Source: Chiloscyllium plagiosum (Eukaryota). From it: a stretch of DNA of 64,000 bases. Location: NCBI RefSeq assembly GCF_004010195.1, contig NC_057719.1, positions 78,324,898-78,388,897 on the forward strand, read 5' to 3'. A model generated the notes under the pieces. It had not been told where the DNA came from. It worked only from the letters and a program-made list of their open reading frames with translations, and made no database searches. Shown in pieces: positions 26,469 through 39,810 of the stretch; the stretch's first letter is position 1; each line of letters begins with the position of its first letter. Both the position numbers and the translations under genes were made by a program.

Positions 26469-28276
26469 GATTCTCCTGTTCCCTGGATGCTGCCTGACCT
26501 GCTGCGCTTTTCCAGCACCACATTTTCAGCTCTGATCTCCAGCATCTGCAGACCTCACTTTCTCCTCAATGTTGAGAAACAAACAGGCCTTCTATATTGG
26601 AACAAGCAGTACATAAAAAAAATTTGTTTTCCTAATTATGTTGTTTTCAGCTCTCTGAAGCAAATCAGGAAGAACACTTCCTCCCCCAAAACATTTGGTG
26701 ACCTTGTTTGCATTGGGGTAAGCTTTTTTTGACACACTAAGTTTATCAGGACCTGATAACCAAAGTTAATATAGTTCAATTGTGTTGTTGCAAGCATCTG
26801 AATACCATGTTAACTTACATGGGCAAAGTTCTATTTTGGTGAAGCTTACTTGACCAGCCCTACCTGCACATTACCAAGAGAAGGGGGTCTTTTGCCCAGC
26901 ATTTACTCAATTTCTCCTTTGACAGATGCTGTGTGATTCTCTATACAGCTCTTCCAACATGTACTTTAGCACAGTGGCACTTCGCCTACAACTCATCCAT
27001 GACTCTGATTCCCTTGCTCATTGTGTCTACTAATTAAAAAAAGCACAATAATATGTTGGGAATTCCAGAACCTCCAAGTCCCTCACTAAATTTGTGTTTT
27101 TATTTTGCCCCAGTGCAAAGTCCTAAGTTCCTAGTTTAGCTTGCTTTAACCAGGATACTAATATTCAAGGTGAATTCTCTCATGACACAGACAATTAAAT
27201 TTGACCTTGTTGTTGTAGCCTGTCCAAGAAATAGATGTTTTTGTTTACAAAATGCGGAGAATTGCATTTTTAGATTCCCCTGAAAAGAGGGATGAGAGGG
27301 CACATTTTGTGCATCTGCAACCTTTTCGCAAAGTGTCAAGCTAGGAGAGGTTCACCTTTTGCCCAACACTCCTTCGATTCCCTCCTTAGCAGGATTCTTT
27401 TTCCCGGAGGCTTTTGTTGAACCTCTTGTGAAGGTTAACTGAATTTTTCACACTGTTGAAGGTTCAAAGCAAACTCTCAAATTCATCGTTACAAGGTTTT
27501 CAGAGAGAGTTTTATATCAAGGAAGGCCTTGCTGGTAGGTACGTGGAAGCATTGAGTAACCTGGCTTTGTGATCTAAAGCTTGACGATTGACTTTCCATT
27601 GCATAGCCTAAGGATTTTTTTTGCTTTCAGCAAAGCAAGTGCTTTGAAGTGTAATGGATTCAGATAATTACCATTGCTTTTACTAGACACTTCGATATTC
27701 TCCTTCACTGCAAATGTGGAATCTATAGATTTTGCACATAATGTCGATGGATAGCAGTTGGCGGAACTGACTGAAACAATGCAGTCAATGCAATGGATCC
27801 CATCCCAATTTTATGCAATCCATTTGCCTTATCACTATCCTCCAGTCAGATCACAAACTATTTGGGCAATGCCTGAGAGGGCTAATGCCTTCAGGAGACT
27901 GTGAATGGGCAATATTTTAGATTAACAAAAACAGTTGAAAGTGAATGTATTCTGATGTAAACTGAAGTGAAAGCAAGTGTGCTCACCATTAATATTTTGG
28001 AGATTGTTCGACTTGCATATTCTAATGGCTTTTCCCTCTAAATTGAAAGCAACTACATCAGAGATCATAGGTCAGTCAGGGTACAAATGCATTTCTCTAA
28101 ATGTCCCCTTTGTTTTATAAGACACAAAAAATGCCCATTTTATTTGCAGCTACAGCTTGCATAATATACAAAGTCTATAAAGATTATTGGTCATGAACAA
28201 AGACTATTTGTTCATTTCCAATCTGTCCTACTTGCATCTGCCCCTGGACACACATTGCAAGCACACTTTTAAATGT

Positions 28277-28428
28277 GGAGAAAGTGAGGACTGCAGATTC
28301 TGGAGATCAGAGTTGAGATCTGAGGGGCAGGAGAATCGACATTTCGTCATGAAGGGCTTATGCCCGAAATGTCAATTCTCCTGCTCCTTCGATGCTGCCT
28401 GACCTGCTGTGCTTTTCCAGCACTACAC
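28277..28428. mobile_element. Penelope-like fold-back insertion
   Basis: Two opposed family A termini; imperfect TSD CACACTTT(TA)AATGT. Confidence 0.8.
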
Positions 28429-28904
28429 ACTTTAATGTATTCCGATTTTACAGACAGACCTGTGAGCCATTGGCAGTTTGTTTGGAATCTGCTTGTCCCT
28501 GGGGTGATGTCTCTTTTCCAGCTCGAGGGAACATCATTAAGTTTGGATTAACATCCCAGATGCAAACAAAACATGGTTGCTCCAAGACCTATCTAGTTAG
28601 CATTAAATTGCAATGTGACTTCAACGTTGAGACGATACCGCCTCAGCACTTGTGCTGTCACCACTAGTTATTTGAAAGTGAAAGCGCTTGTTTTGTGTTG
28701 CAACACTACAGCGCATCTTCTGCTGTGAGTTTATGCAGAGGGTATTCTAATGATTATATTGGACAAAGATTTTGCTTGGCAGTTGTCAAATGCAGCCAAT
28801 TGTTGCACTGCTCTAACATCTGTTGGCTGCGTATCTGCTCAAGCTCTCTCCTTGTTAGGATCCTTGCACAACTACCCAGTCGCTTCTCGATTGGCAACCG
28901 ATCT

Positions 28905-29965
28905 AACGGAATAGAAGAAGCCCTTTAGCCCATCCAGTCTATGTTGACCTGTCTACACTAATCCCACTTTCTAGCACTTGACCCGGAGTATTGAACATTG
29001 ATATTTCACTTGCTCATCCATCAAAGGTTGTGAGGTTTTCCACCTCTATTTCCCTCTGAGACTGTGCAGTCCAAATTTCCAACACTAGTGGGCGCATTTT
29101 CTTCTCAAGCCTCCCCTAAGCTTTCACATTTAAAATTGTCACCTTTTATTGACTCTTCAACTACGGGACAAAAGCTGCTGCCTCCTAATTGCCCTGTCTG
29201 TGCCCCTTATGGTCTTTAAATATCTCAATCAGGTTCCCCACCCCCACCACCCAGCCTTTTCTGCTCCAAAAAAAACAACCTGAGCTTTTCCAGTCTCTCT
29301 TTATCATGAAGACCAAGGGACCCAGCATTGATCCCTATGGTACGCCTCCAATGACCAAACAAACAGACTTCTACTACCACCACCCTCTGTCTCCTGGCTT
29401 TTCCAGTCTCTCTTTATCATGAAGACCAAGGGACCAGCATTGATCCCTATGGTACACCTCCAATGACCAAACAAACAGACTTCTACTACCACCACCCTCT
29501 GTCTCCTGCCTCTTGCCAAGTCATCCTGGATCCCATCTGCTTTTACCATCCTTACCAACCTCTAGGTGGGACCTTATTAAGGACTTCACTGCCCTCAGCT
29601 ACGCACTTGATCATCTGCTGGAAAAATTCTATCAAATCTGTTTGGTATGACCTCCCTCTGATATGCTGACTATCCCTGATTAAAACCTTGCCTCTCTAAG
29701 TGGATATTAGCTCTTCCCCTACCCGCCACCCCCCGAAAAGTTTCTCCAAGTGTTTCTCTACCACTAATGTGAGACTCACTGACCTATAATTCCCGAGTTT
29801 ATCCATACCCTTTTTCCTGAAAAGTGGAGCCACATGAACTATCTCCAGTCCTCTAGCACCTCCTCTGTGGCCAGACAGAATTAAAAATTTGGGTCAGAGT
29901 CCCAGTAACGTCTTCCCTCCCATCTCTCATGAGCCTTGGACTCCACTCCCCTTGACCTGGTGATT
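28905..29965 (-). mobile_element. Degenerate, internally deleted CR1 LINE
   Basis: RRQRVVVVE...W motifs and 3' tail on the minus strand. Confidence 0.75.
29284..29508. repeat. Tandem duplication, 113 bp and 112 bp units
   Basis: 29284-29396 and 29397-29508 differ by one indel and one substitution. Confidence 0.95.
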
Positions 29966-29979
29966 TCTCCCCTTCTAAT

Positions 29980-31440
29980 TCACCTTGAGGAGATGGTGAG
30001 CCACACTCTTGAACCAGTCCACGTAGGTATGCAAAATGCTGATCTGATAGGAATTCCAGCATTTTAACCTAGTGACAATGAAAGTAGTGCAATGTATTTC
30101 AGAGTTGGGATGATGTGTGGCTTGGAGGGAGACTTGCTGGTGATCATGGTCCCCTGCATCTGCTATTCTTCTAGGTAATGGAGGTAGCAGGTTTGAAAGG
30201 TGTTGTCAAAGGACCCTTGGTGAATTATTGCATTGCATCTTGTAGGTGGTATACACACTGTTGCTAATGTGTGCTGGTGGAGTGAATGAATATTTAAAGT
30301 TTGTTAATAGGTTGCCAATTAACTGGGTTGTCTTGTCTTGGATGATGTCAAGCTTATGTGTTGTTGGAACTGTGCAAGTGGAGAGCATTCCATTAGACTC
30401 TTCCTGATTTGTGCCTTTTTTAGGTGGTGGGTAGGCTTTGGGAGTCAAGAGGTGAGTTCCTCATCACAGAATATCTCCGCTTCAAGCTTATCCTTGGACA
30501 CAGTAGCCAAATGACGAGCCTAGTTCACTTTCCAGTCAATTATGACATCACCCCCCCAACGCTCAAATGGTGATCGTTTGCAATGGTAGTAAATAAGAGA
30601 TGTTTAGATTCCCTCTTGGTGGGACGTTCTTTCCTGATGCTTGTATGGTATCAAGTGTCTTGCTGCATAAAGATTGGAGATTGTTCAATACAGTTCTCCA
30701 TTGTGCAACTATCAGTGAACATCCTCATTTCTGAGCTTAATGATGGAGGGAATGTCATTAATAAAACAGCTCAAGATGGTTGGGCCCAGGACCCTATCCT
30801 TAGAACCTCCTGCAGTGATCTCATGCAACCAAGATAACTGACCTCTTTTAAAAACCACAACCATCTTTCTTTTGTGCCTGGTATGACTTCAGCCAGTGGG
30901 AAGTTTTTGGCAATCCCTATTGGCTACAATGTTGCTGGGTTGCTTGATGTTACTCAGTCAAATGCTATCTTGATATCAAGGGAAATCAGTCACCTCTGCT
31001 CTTGAATTCACCTTTCTTGTTTGTTTTTTGGTTCATTGTTGTAATAAGATCTGGAGCCACGTATCTGTGCTGGAACCTAATCTGAGCATCAGTGAGCAGC
31101 TATTGCTGTATAAGTGCCATTTGCTAGCACTGTTGACAACACCTTCCCACACTTTGAGAGGAGGCTGTTGGGGTGGTAACTGTGCCAGTTGGATTTGCCC
31201 TGTATTTTGGGATGAGTTTCCGAATTTATTGATTTGACGCTTGTGTGGTTATGTTGAATTAGACAGGCTATAGGCAGTGGCCAGCCTTGCAGCTGAAGTC
31301 TTCAGTACTACAGCAAAGATGTTGAGGCTCAGAACCTTGTGATTCTCCTGGATTAAACCATTTCTTAATATGTAAATCAAATTGGCTGAAGGCAGGCATC
31401 TTGAAGATGTGGTGAATCATCCAATTGACACTTTGACTGT
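29980..31440 (-). mobile_element. CR1-group LINE family B RT fragment
   Basis: KLDIIQDKTTQLIG, LDIKIAFD-like and GSKDRVLGP-like motifs on the minus strand. Confidence 0.75.
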
Positions 31441-32139
31441 CGATGAAATTAAGAAGTGGCTAGTTGTATCTCTGACCATTTAAGTAAACAGGTTTTGTTA
31501 ATCAGCACGTTCTGAAACACCCCTGGAGCAGATGGAACTTGAACTCTTGCCTTCTGGCTCAGAGGCTCACTGTGCTGCTGTCATTGAACAAGTGATTTCA
31601 ATATCCATATGTAAATTGCGAGCATGTGGACAATTCTCATTCAGGGGCTAACGATGGTTTTGCTATGACAACACTTCAGCTGGTCTTCTCGAATGGATTG
31701 TATCAGATTCAAAAACATCACTATATCTTTTCATGTTACAAACCTTATGTTAATGATCAAAGTACCACGAAAGGGTAAAATAGAAAACAAAGTTTTTCTC
31801 CTCACACCTCAGAAATCGACGTTCCATGCTTGGAGTATGCGTTATATATGCGCTGTGGTGATGGAGTACTCCTCCAATCGTGCAGGGGAAGTATCTAGCG
31901 TTTTTGTCAAGTTGTCACTCTCTCTTTATGCAGGAACTTTGCAATGAATACTGGCTATTGAATGGTCAAGGAAGCATAATACCTGAGCCGGAATTCTATC
32001 TATCATTTACTGACCGTGTGAGTCCATTGTCTGACAGGAGTCACTGCAGAACAAAAATCCTTTAATAGTTGCTGCATCTTTGAATTGTGACTTAACTTCA
32101 ATCACTCCAATTCAATCTGATTAACACAATACAGAAAGG

Positions 32140-32720
32140 AACATAAGAACCAGGAGCAGGAGTAGACAAGTAAGCCCCTTGATCCTGCTCTGCCATATGA
32201 TACAATCATGGCTGTTCTCATCATCTCTGCCTCAACTCCACTTAGATTAGATTACCTACAGTATGGAAACAGCCCCTTTGGCCCAACAAGTTCACACCAA
32301 CCCTCTGAAGAGTAAACCACCCAGACCCACTCCCCTTCCCTATATTTATGCCTGACTAACTCACCTAACACTATAGGCAATTTAGCATGGTCAATTCACC
32401 TAACCTGCACATCTTTGGATTGTGGAAGGAAACCGGAGCATGTGGAGGAAACCCATGCAGACACGGGGAGAATATGCAAACTCCACACAGACAGTCGCCT
32501 GAGGCTGGAATCGAATCCAATCCCTGATGCTCTGAGGCTGCAGTGCTAACCACCGAGCCACCATGCTGCCCCCTTTCCTGCCCTTTCTCCATAACCCTTC
32601 AACTAACCAAAGATCTGTCGGTCTCCTCCTCACATTTACTGTGCCTCTCATCCACACAGATTCATGACCCTTTTTGAGGGCTGTAATTTCTCCTCTTCTC
32701 TGTTTTAAATCTCCTACCCC
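32140..32720 (-). mobile_element. CR1 3' end interrupted by HE1
   Basis: ACATAAGAACCAGGAGCAGGAGTAG...CTCAACTCCAC|TTTCCTGCCC continuity across the SINE. Confidence 0.8.
32242..32572 (-). mobile_element. HE1-type SINE
   Basis: Full-length match to the other HE1 copies. Confidence 0.93.
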
Positions 32721-33369
32721 TTTATCCTGAGCAAGTGTACTTTCTTACTACATTTTAAGTGACTAACTCTGAAGGTTAATTTACAAATTATGTCCGTGGT
32801 GATAAAATCAAATGGTGATATCCAGAAGTGTGGCACCTGTGCGTTGGTGGTGTGATGTATATTGAAGCCTGAGCATCATTCTTTATTCTCTATTATTGAT
32901 CTCTTATCATGCAACAGAACAGGAAAAATTGATGCTGTTACTTTTTACTTTAATTAGTGGAACAGACTGAATTCGGAGAATTCCCAAGCCTTTTTGGTCA
33001 GCTTTTGAATTACCTGCTTTCTCTTCACCTGAAGCCCAACTTTTCCAGAAGGGGGCTGTTAGAAAATATTTTGACGGCACATTTAATTATTAAATCTCTG
33101 CAACAGCAACTTACAGCTGGTAAGTCCTGTTTCTAAAAAAAATTCATCATGCTTTGTAAACCTCCTTTTCCTTTTCATCTTAACCCTCTCGGTGCAATAG
33201 AAGTGAAATGCGTGCACAATTCGATCTTCCAGTTGGTGTTTACACTTGTTCTCTTGCTCATTTTGAAAATATTTCATGAAGAAAAGCTGTGTCCATGTCC
33301 TCTAGAGGACATGGGCACATCTTATTGGTAAGTAATTATACGTAGCCCAAAAGGGATTTTCGATATTTC

Positions 33370-33555
33370 TCATGCGCTCTTGCACTCTCCCCTCACTGGA
33401 GAACAGTGGGCTTGCACCACCTGAGGAGCATCTCACAATATTAAACCCAGGGTAGGCTAAGAGGGAGATTTCTTATCTACCTCAGCTGGAATGGAAATTG
33501 AAACATGTGTTGGTATTTTGAAACACAAACAATTAGTTGACCCAGTGAGTTAAAT
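33370..33555 (-). mobile_element. Old tRNA-derived SINE; related pieces near 370-520 and 56880-57080
   Basis: Shared CCTCAGCTGG/CCTGAGG core with B-box-like TTCAATT. Confidence 0.45.
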
Positions 33556-33967
33556 ATTTAAGTATGCAGTGGAGGGTTTGGAGTATTGATGATAATGGTG
33601 GTGAATTCTGCAATTTTAGGTATTTTTCAAATTAAAGCAAGAAACATACAGATCCACTCAGGCATGTCTCCAAAGCAATCGAGCTCTCGGTTGTCATTCC
33701 AGAATCTACAAATTTCAAGATGAACTGTCATAACCTAGTGCTGCTTCTCAATTTGAATGCTCTTCTTGCCTCTTGTTACTCCCTACTTTAGCTAGCTTCT
33801 AAACTATGAGTCTTAGTTCTTTAGCTGCATTGCTTAATGAGAATAATTAACAATTTTCCTTCTACTGACAACATGCATGAGTTTTCCAATCCATTCTCCT
33901 CTTGTGCAAAAGCCAGTAAAATAAGGCTTTCCCTGAGCATCATCATAGAATTGACACAATATATTGT

Positions 33968-34510
33968 GTAGGAGATAGTGGTGTAGTGCCAATAATATTG
34001 TAATACAGAGGCCTAGGCTATTGCTCCAGGTACATGGGTTCAAATCTCAACATGGGTGTTTTCCAGTCCAGGGGGGTGTATTTTAAGGTGAGGAGAGATT
34101 TGAAAATAATATCAGTGGCAAATTGTTTTACTCAAGAGGGTGGTTCATGTGTGGAATTAACTTCCTGAGGCAGTGATGTCATTGTATGCAGGTGCAATGT
34201 TTTAAAAGACATTTGGATGGATACATGAATGGGAAAGGATTGGAAGGCTATGGGCGAGGAACAAGAAGGTGGGACTAGTTTAGTTTGGGATTATGTTCAA
34301 CATGAGCCTGTTGGACTGAGGGGTCAGTTTCCATGCAGTATGGCTCTATGGCTGATCCCTTTCCTGGTCTGACCTATGTGATTCCAGTCCCACAGCACTA
34401 TGGCTCTTAATTACCCTCTGAAATGGCCTCCCAAGCCCCTCCGTTCATGGGCACTTAGTGATGCGCAACAAACACTGACTTTGCCATTGACACTTTCATT
34501 CATAACAGAG
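33968..34510 (+). mobile_element. tRNA-derived SINE with LINE family B tail, split by a HER1 3' end
   Basis: Head GTGGTGTAGTG...GGGTTCAAATC; tail GGGCACTTAGTGATGCGCAACAAACACTGACTTTGCCA. Confidence 0.65.
34060..34352 (+). mobile_element. HER1/CR1 3' end
   Basis: FTQEGGSCVE/WN region and GGTCAGTTTCCATGCAGTATGGCTCTATG tail. Confidence 0.8.
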
Positions 34511-34799
34511 AATTCCAATTGCAAATCATAAATGTAGGATTCAGAGCTCATTGCCCAAGAATAATGGTGGCGCATTCACACTTGCACATTAGGTCATGCC
34601 TGGCATTGCAGCTATTGCTCTACTGAATAATTAAAAAAGGTAGGCTTGTGCAAAATGCCGAATTAAATGCTACATTTTGTTACTGATCCTGCCATAATGT
34701 GTGGATTTTCAGTTATACCAGTAAATTCCTGACATGATTCCTGCGCCTTTTAGAAACCAGGTGAGATTTCCACAGGCTTGGTTTGTGTGTGTGCGTGTG

Positions 34800-34811
34800 C
34801 GCGCATGCGCT
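34800..34811. promoter_or_regulatory. NRF1-type palindrome GCGCATGCGC
   Basis: Perfect 10-bp palindrome retaining CpGs, but it adjoins a (GT)n/(GC)n run. Confidence 0.3.
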
Positions 34812-35102
34812 CTGTAGCCTGAGCGGTAAACTGGTGCAGACACTACCCACCCCTTCAAAATCCATGGTTTGAAAATGAGGTTGGCTCCCATGGTTGGGTA
34901 ACCTACTCCATCAGATCCCTCTCAAACAGCAATAGGGAAATTTCAACTCCACGCTCCTCAACAAGGTCATTTTTACTTTCATGAGCATTTCTGACTCCGG
35001 TGCTGTTCCCAGCTATATTGAGGTATAGGCACTGGTATGGCCGGCACAGCAGATGGCATTGTTGTGGAAATTTAAATCTAGTGCACCAATGACTGCTGGA
35101 AC

Positions 35103-35203
35103 ATGGCCATTCACTTAGCCTCAAAGGGATTTTGGTGCCTTAGCTCAGTCAACAAGGCAGAGAAAACAGCAACAATAGAATTAGTATGTTCAAGTGATGT
35201 ACG
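35103..35203 (+). CDS. Candidate coding part of a 5' exon (MAIHLASKGFWCLSSVNKAEKTATIELVCSSDV)
   Basis: AACATGG strong Kozak context, 33 codons plus 2 nt, ACG|GTCAGT donor, in non-repeat DNA. Confidence 0.3.
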
Positions 35204-35974
35204 GTCAGTACAAGTTAGATTTTAGAAGCAGCTGGCACTGTGCTGCTGTTCTGTTTGTTTGTAGATTTATTTTTTTGAAAAGGTGAAACGTTATGATGGA
35301 TTTTTTAATGTCCAACAAGTAGAAGTTTAAATTGGCATTTCTGGCACCTTTGCAGATTTCCCACCCATTCCCAGCATTCCTAGGTGATGACCTTGTAAAC
35401 TTCTGTGGTGCAATGCCTCTTCTATGATGCAGTCATGAAAGCTGTAAAAATCTGGTTGAGATGAATAAAGGTTTAAGTGACTTTATTAAAATGGGATATC
35501 TGGTTGGCATGGATGCATTGGACCGAAATGGTCTGTTTCCGTGCTGTACATCTCTATGAATCTAAGACTCTAAAAATAACTAATGCTGCAGTCATCTTCA
35601 ATTGCATCAATTAAATTTTTGTTGTAGAACTGCTGCATTTTATTCTGTCATTAGTCCAAAAAAAAAAGTAAAATCTCCCTCAGACCATGGAAAGGAGGGC
35701 TCCTTCAGTATTTCCTTGCCTCTACTGGAGTGCTATTTTGAGTGTAATTTGAGTTTGGTGAAACAGGAAGGATCAAGAAATAATTTACAGGCTAATTTTA
35801 ATCTTAAAATCTAGTGTGCTCTTTTAATTTAGCAATTGACTAAAAATTGCTCTTTTCATTGGGTGCAGTTTAGTTGCAGCTTTAAAACAGAAATTTAAAG
35901 GTATTCAGCTGAAACTGGCTGGAAAAAATAGTAATGGGGGAGAAAAACAACTGGGTAACTGAATAGGTACTTTG

Positions 35975-38815
35975 CATCGATCTTCTTGGTGGAAGATATC
36001 AGAGCTTTGAGAACTGGGGTAGAGGTCAATATAGTGGCCATCACTAAGGAGAAACTATTGGCGAAAGCTGAGAGTGGAAAATTAACCTGGACTATGCTCT
36101 AAGGTTCTGAGCAAGCTAGCTGAGGAGATTGTAGAGGCTGATCCTTTAGGCTTCACTGGAGTCAGAGGCTCCCTGAGGGTTGGAAAATTCCTGATGCGAA
36201 ATCCCTGTTTAAGAAGGCAGGGAGGCAGAAGATCAGAAATTATAGGCTGGTGAGCCTAACTTCAGCCATTGGTAAGATTTTATAGTCTGTTATTAAGGAT
36301 GAGATTGTGGAGTACTTGGATATGCATGGTGAAACAGGGCTGAGTCAGCACTGCTTCATCAAGGGGAGATCATGCCTGACAAATCCAATGAGAGTTTGTT
36401 GTGTAACTTGCTCATTCCTCAAAGGAGAGACAGTGCACGTGATCTATTTTGATTTCTAGAAGGACTTTTGACACTCTGCCGCATAGGAGGCTACTAAATA
36501 AGTTAAGTACTAGGGGCAAGGTATGGATAGAGGATTTGCTGACTTTCAGAAGGTAGAGAGGATGAGCAGGTCTTTTTCCAAATGCCAGGCCCTGAAGAGT
36601 GTGGTTCCGCAGAGGTGAGTTTTAGGTGCACAACTGTTCACATTAAACATTAACAATCTGGAGGAAAGAGCTAGGGGCATTGTTGCAAGTTTGCAGGCGA
36701 TGCAAAGATAGGTGGAGGGAGTGTTGAGGAAGTTGGGAAACTGCAGAAAGACTTGAACAGGATAGGAGAGTGGGCAAAGAAGTGGCAGGTGGAATGTGAT
36801 CTAGCAAAGTGAGGTTATGTATTTATATTAGATAAACAGTATAGACTACTTTGGAGAAAGGCTTTGGTCAGACTGCATCTCGAATATTAAGCAGTGCTGT
36901 ATCGCAGGAAAGGTGTGCTGATATTGGAGGGGGTCCAGAGGAAGTTTACAAGAATGATTTAAGGAGTGAAGGAATAGTCATAGCCACAGGTGAGGTGCTA
37001 GAAGACTGGATGTTGGTGAATGTCATGATATTTAAGGGTGGTAAGGACAAGCCCGGGAACTATAGATCGGTGAGCATGACATCAGTGGTGGGCACGTTAT
37101 TGGAGGGAATCCTGAAGGACAGGATGTACATGTATTTGGAAAGGCAAGGACTGATTAGGGATAGTCAACATGGCTAAGTCCATGGGAAATCGTGTCTCAC
37201 TAACTTGAGCTTTTTGAAGAAGTACTGAGGAGGATAGAAGGCGGAGCAGTGGGCATGACCTATATGGGCTTCAGTAAGGCATTTGACAAGGATCCTCATC
37301 GTAGACTGATTAGCAAGGTTAGATTGCATGGACAAATCCGGGAGAACTCTCCATTTGGATACAGAACTGGCTTGAAGGTAGATGACAAGTGGTGGTGGAG
37401 GGATGTTTTTCAGACTGTTGGCCTGTGATCAGTGGAGTACCACAAGGATGAGTGCTAGGTCCACTACTTTTCGTCATTTCTATAATTGATTTTGATGTGA
37501 ACATAGGAGATGTAGTTAATAAATTTGCTTATGACATCAAAATTGGAGGTGTAATGGACAGCGATTATCAAGTACAAAGGACCTTGATCAGATGGGCCTT
37601 TGGGCTGAGGAGTGGCAGATGAAGTTTAACTTGGATAAATGTGAGGTGCTGCATTTTGGGAAGGCAAGTCAGGGCAAGACTCAAATGCTTTAATAGTAAG
37701 GTTCTGGGGAGTGTTGCTGAACAAAGAGACCTTGGAGTGCAGGTTCATAGCTCCTTAATGCGGAGCCACAGGTAATTAGGATAGTGAAGCAAGTGTTTTA
37801 GTATGTTTTCCTTTATTGGTCAGGAGTATAGGGGTCGAGAGGCCATGTTGCAGCTGTACAGAACATTAGTTAGGCCACTTTTGGATTATTGCATTCAGTT
37901 TTGGTCTCCTTGATACACAAAGGATGTTGTGGAGCTTGAAAGGGTTCAGAAAAGATATACAAGGATGTTGCCGGGGTTGGAAGGTTTGAACTACACGGAG
38001 AGGCTGAATAGGCTGGGGCTCTTTTTCCCTGGAGTATCAGATCCTTTTGCAGAGGTTTATGAAATGATAAGCATAGAAAGGGTTAATAGACAAGCTCTTT
38101 TCCTCAGGGTAGTGGAGTTCAAAACTAGAAGGCATATGTTTAAGGTGAGAGTGGAAAGATTTTAAAAGGGATCGAAGGGGCAACTTTTTCTCAGAAGATG
38201 ATGCATGTATGGAATGAGCTGCCAGAGGAAGTGACAGAGGCTGGTACAATTACAACATTTAAAGGGCATCTGGATGGTTATGAAAATGAAGGGTTTGGAG
38301 GGATATGGACTAAATACTGGAAAATGAGACTAGATTAGGTTAGGATATCTGGTTGGCATGGATGAGTTGGACTGAAGGATCTGCTTTCCATACTGTACAC
38401 CTCTTTGACCTGTAACTCCCTATGGTTGAGATATCTGGGTGTGTACTTGGAGTTTAGATGGATGAGGGAGGATTGAAACTCTCAGGATACTGAGAGGCTT
38501 GAATAGAGTGAACGTGGCTATTTCCACAAGTAGGAGAGGCCAGGATCCGAGGGCACAGCCTTGGAGTGAAGCGACAGCCTTTTAGACCTGAGAGAAGTTT
38601 TTTTCAGCCAGAGGGTGGTGAATCTGTGGAACTCATTGCTGAAGAGGGCTGTGGAGGCCAAGTTATTCAGTGTATTTAAGACCAGTTCTTGATCAGTAAG
38701 GAGGCCAAATATTGTGGGGGCAAGGCTGAAGAATAGGGTTGAGAAACATCAGCCATGATCGAATCGGAGGGCAGATCTGATGGGACAAATGGCCTAATTC
38801 TGCTCTATATCTGGT
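35975..38815 (+). mobile_element. CR1 LINE ORF2 to 3' end, interrupted by HER1
   Basis: NYRLVSLTS and KFAGDAKIGG motifs at 35975-36970; resumes at about 38415 to the 3' tail. Confidence 0.85.
36975..38412 (+). mobile_element. HER1/CR1 LINE RT to 3' end (nested)
   Basis: PGNYRSVSMTSVVG, RDSQHG and LERVQKRYTRMLPG motifs plus tail. Confidence 0.93.
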
Positions 38816-39539
38816 GGTCTGATAGTAAATTGGGTTAAATTATCACTTTTGCTTATGTAATAATTACAATAGCTAGAACATAACCGGGGCTTTATGGAAA
38901 GGAATGAGATGTGCTCTTGTAGCACAGTTGTCAGTTTGATGGAATGAACTTCGAGTTCAGTGTTTATCTGTTCAGACATTATTTTACCTCGGCTGACTGA
39001 ATACAGCAACAAATAGGAAATCTGGGTGAGATCTGCTGAGAGTTGTTGTCATCCTCTTTCAGGATTTGGAGGAGAAAATGCACAGAAATACGAGCATTAC
39101 TTTTGTATTTTGCTGACTCTAAACCAGATTAAGTTCAAATATAATTTCAATTTGTAAATTTGGAATGGAGTGGCTACTCCATTATAATGTGAGTCATCTA
39201 CTTACATAAGAGAAACTGTTTTCAATTATAGATATCTATGTTAGAGGAAGTTTTGAAAAAGCTCTTGTTTTGCAAATGCTTCATGCCTGAAACTGTTGCC
39301 TTTAGCTGTTGATCATCTAATGAACCCACAAATACCCACTTTGAGTACTTAAACAACTTCCTTTTGAAAGTTAAGGTTAAATCTGCTTTTAGTGCCCTTT
39401 TTGTTTGGTCAGGTTGTTAAATCCAGATTAAACTTGCATGAAGTTAATGTCTTCACGTTTCCTTCAATGTCCCTATATCACCTGTCAAACAGATGACTAA
39501 TTAAAAGGCATAAGTTTCAGCCCTGGTCTGCAGTTGAAA

Positions 39540-39810
39540 ACATAGAAACTAGGATCAGAAGTAAACCATTTGGCTCTTCATGCTGTGTAATGCAGTATTA
39601 TCACTGCTGATCATTTACCTCAACATCATTTATTTCCACTTTCTCTCCATAGCCCTTGACACTTTTTTAAATATGGAAAACCTTATCTTTTTTTTCTTGA
39701 ATATGCTCAATGATCCTAGCAGCCACAGCCTCTGATAGTGAATTCCACAAGTCACCCACCCTCTAAATAAAGAAATGCTTCCTTATTTTAGTCGTAAATG
39801 ACCCTCTGTT
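39540..39810 (-). mobile_element. CR1 3' end
   Basis: CATAGAAACTAGGATCAGAAGTAAACCATT...GAATTCCACAAG. Confidence 0.75.

Larger units (their letters stand above)
25277..26567. mobile_element. Penelope-like long inverted-repeat insertion with 14-bp TSD
   Basis: TSD AATGTTGAGAAACA at 25263-25276 and 26568-26581; arms of about 300 bp are reverse complements. Confidence 0.92.

Noticed and set aside
27330..27545. Possible non-coding exon ending CTG|GTAGGT
   Set aside because: Donor motif only; no supporting start or acceptor.
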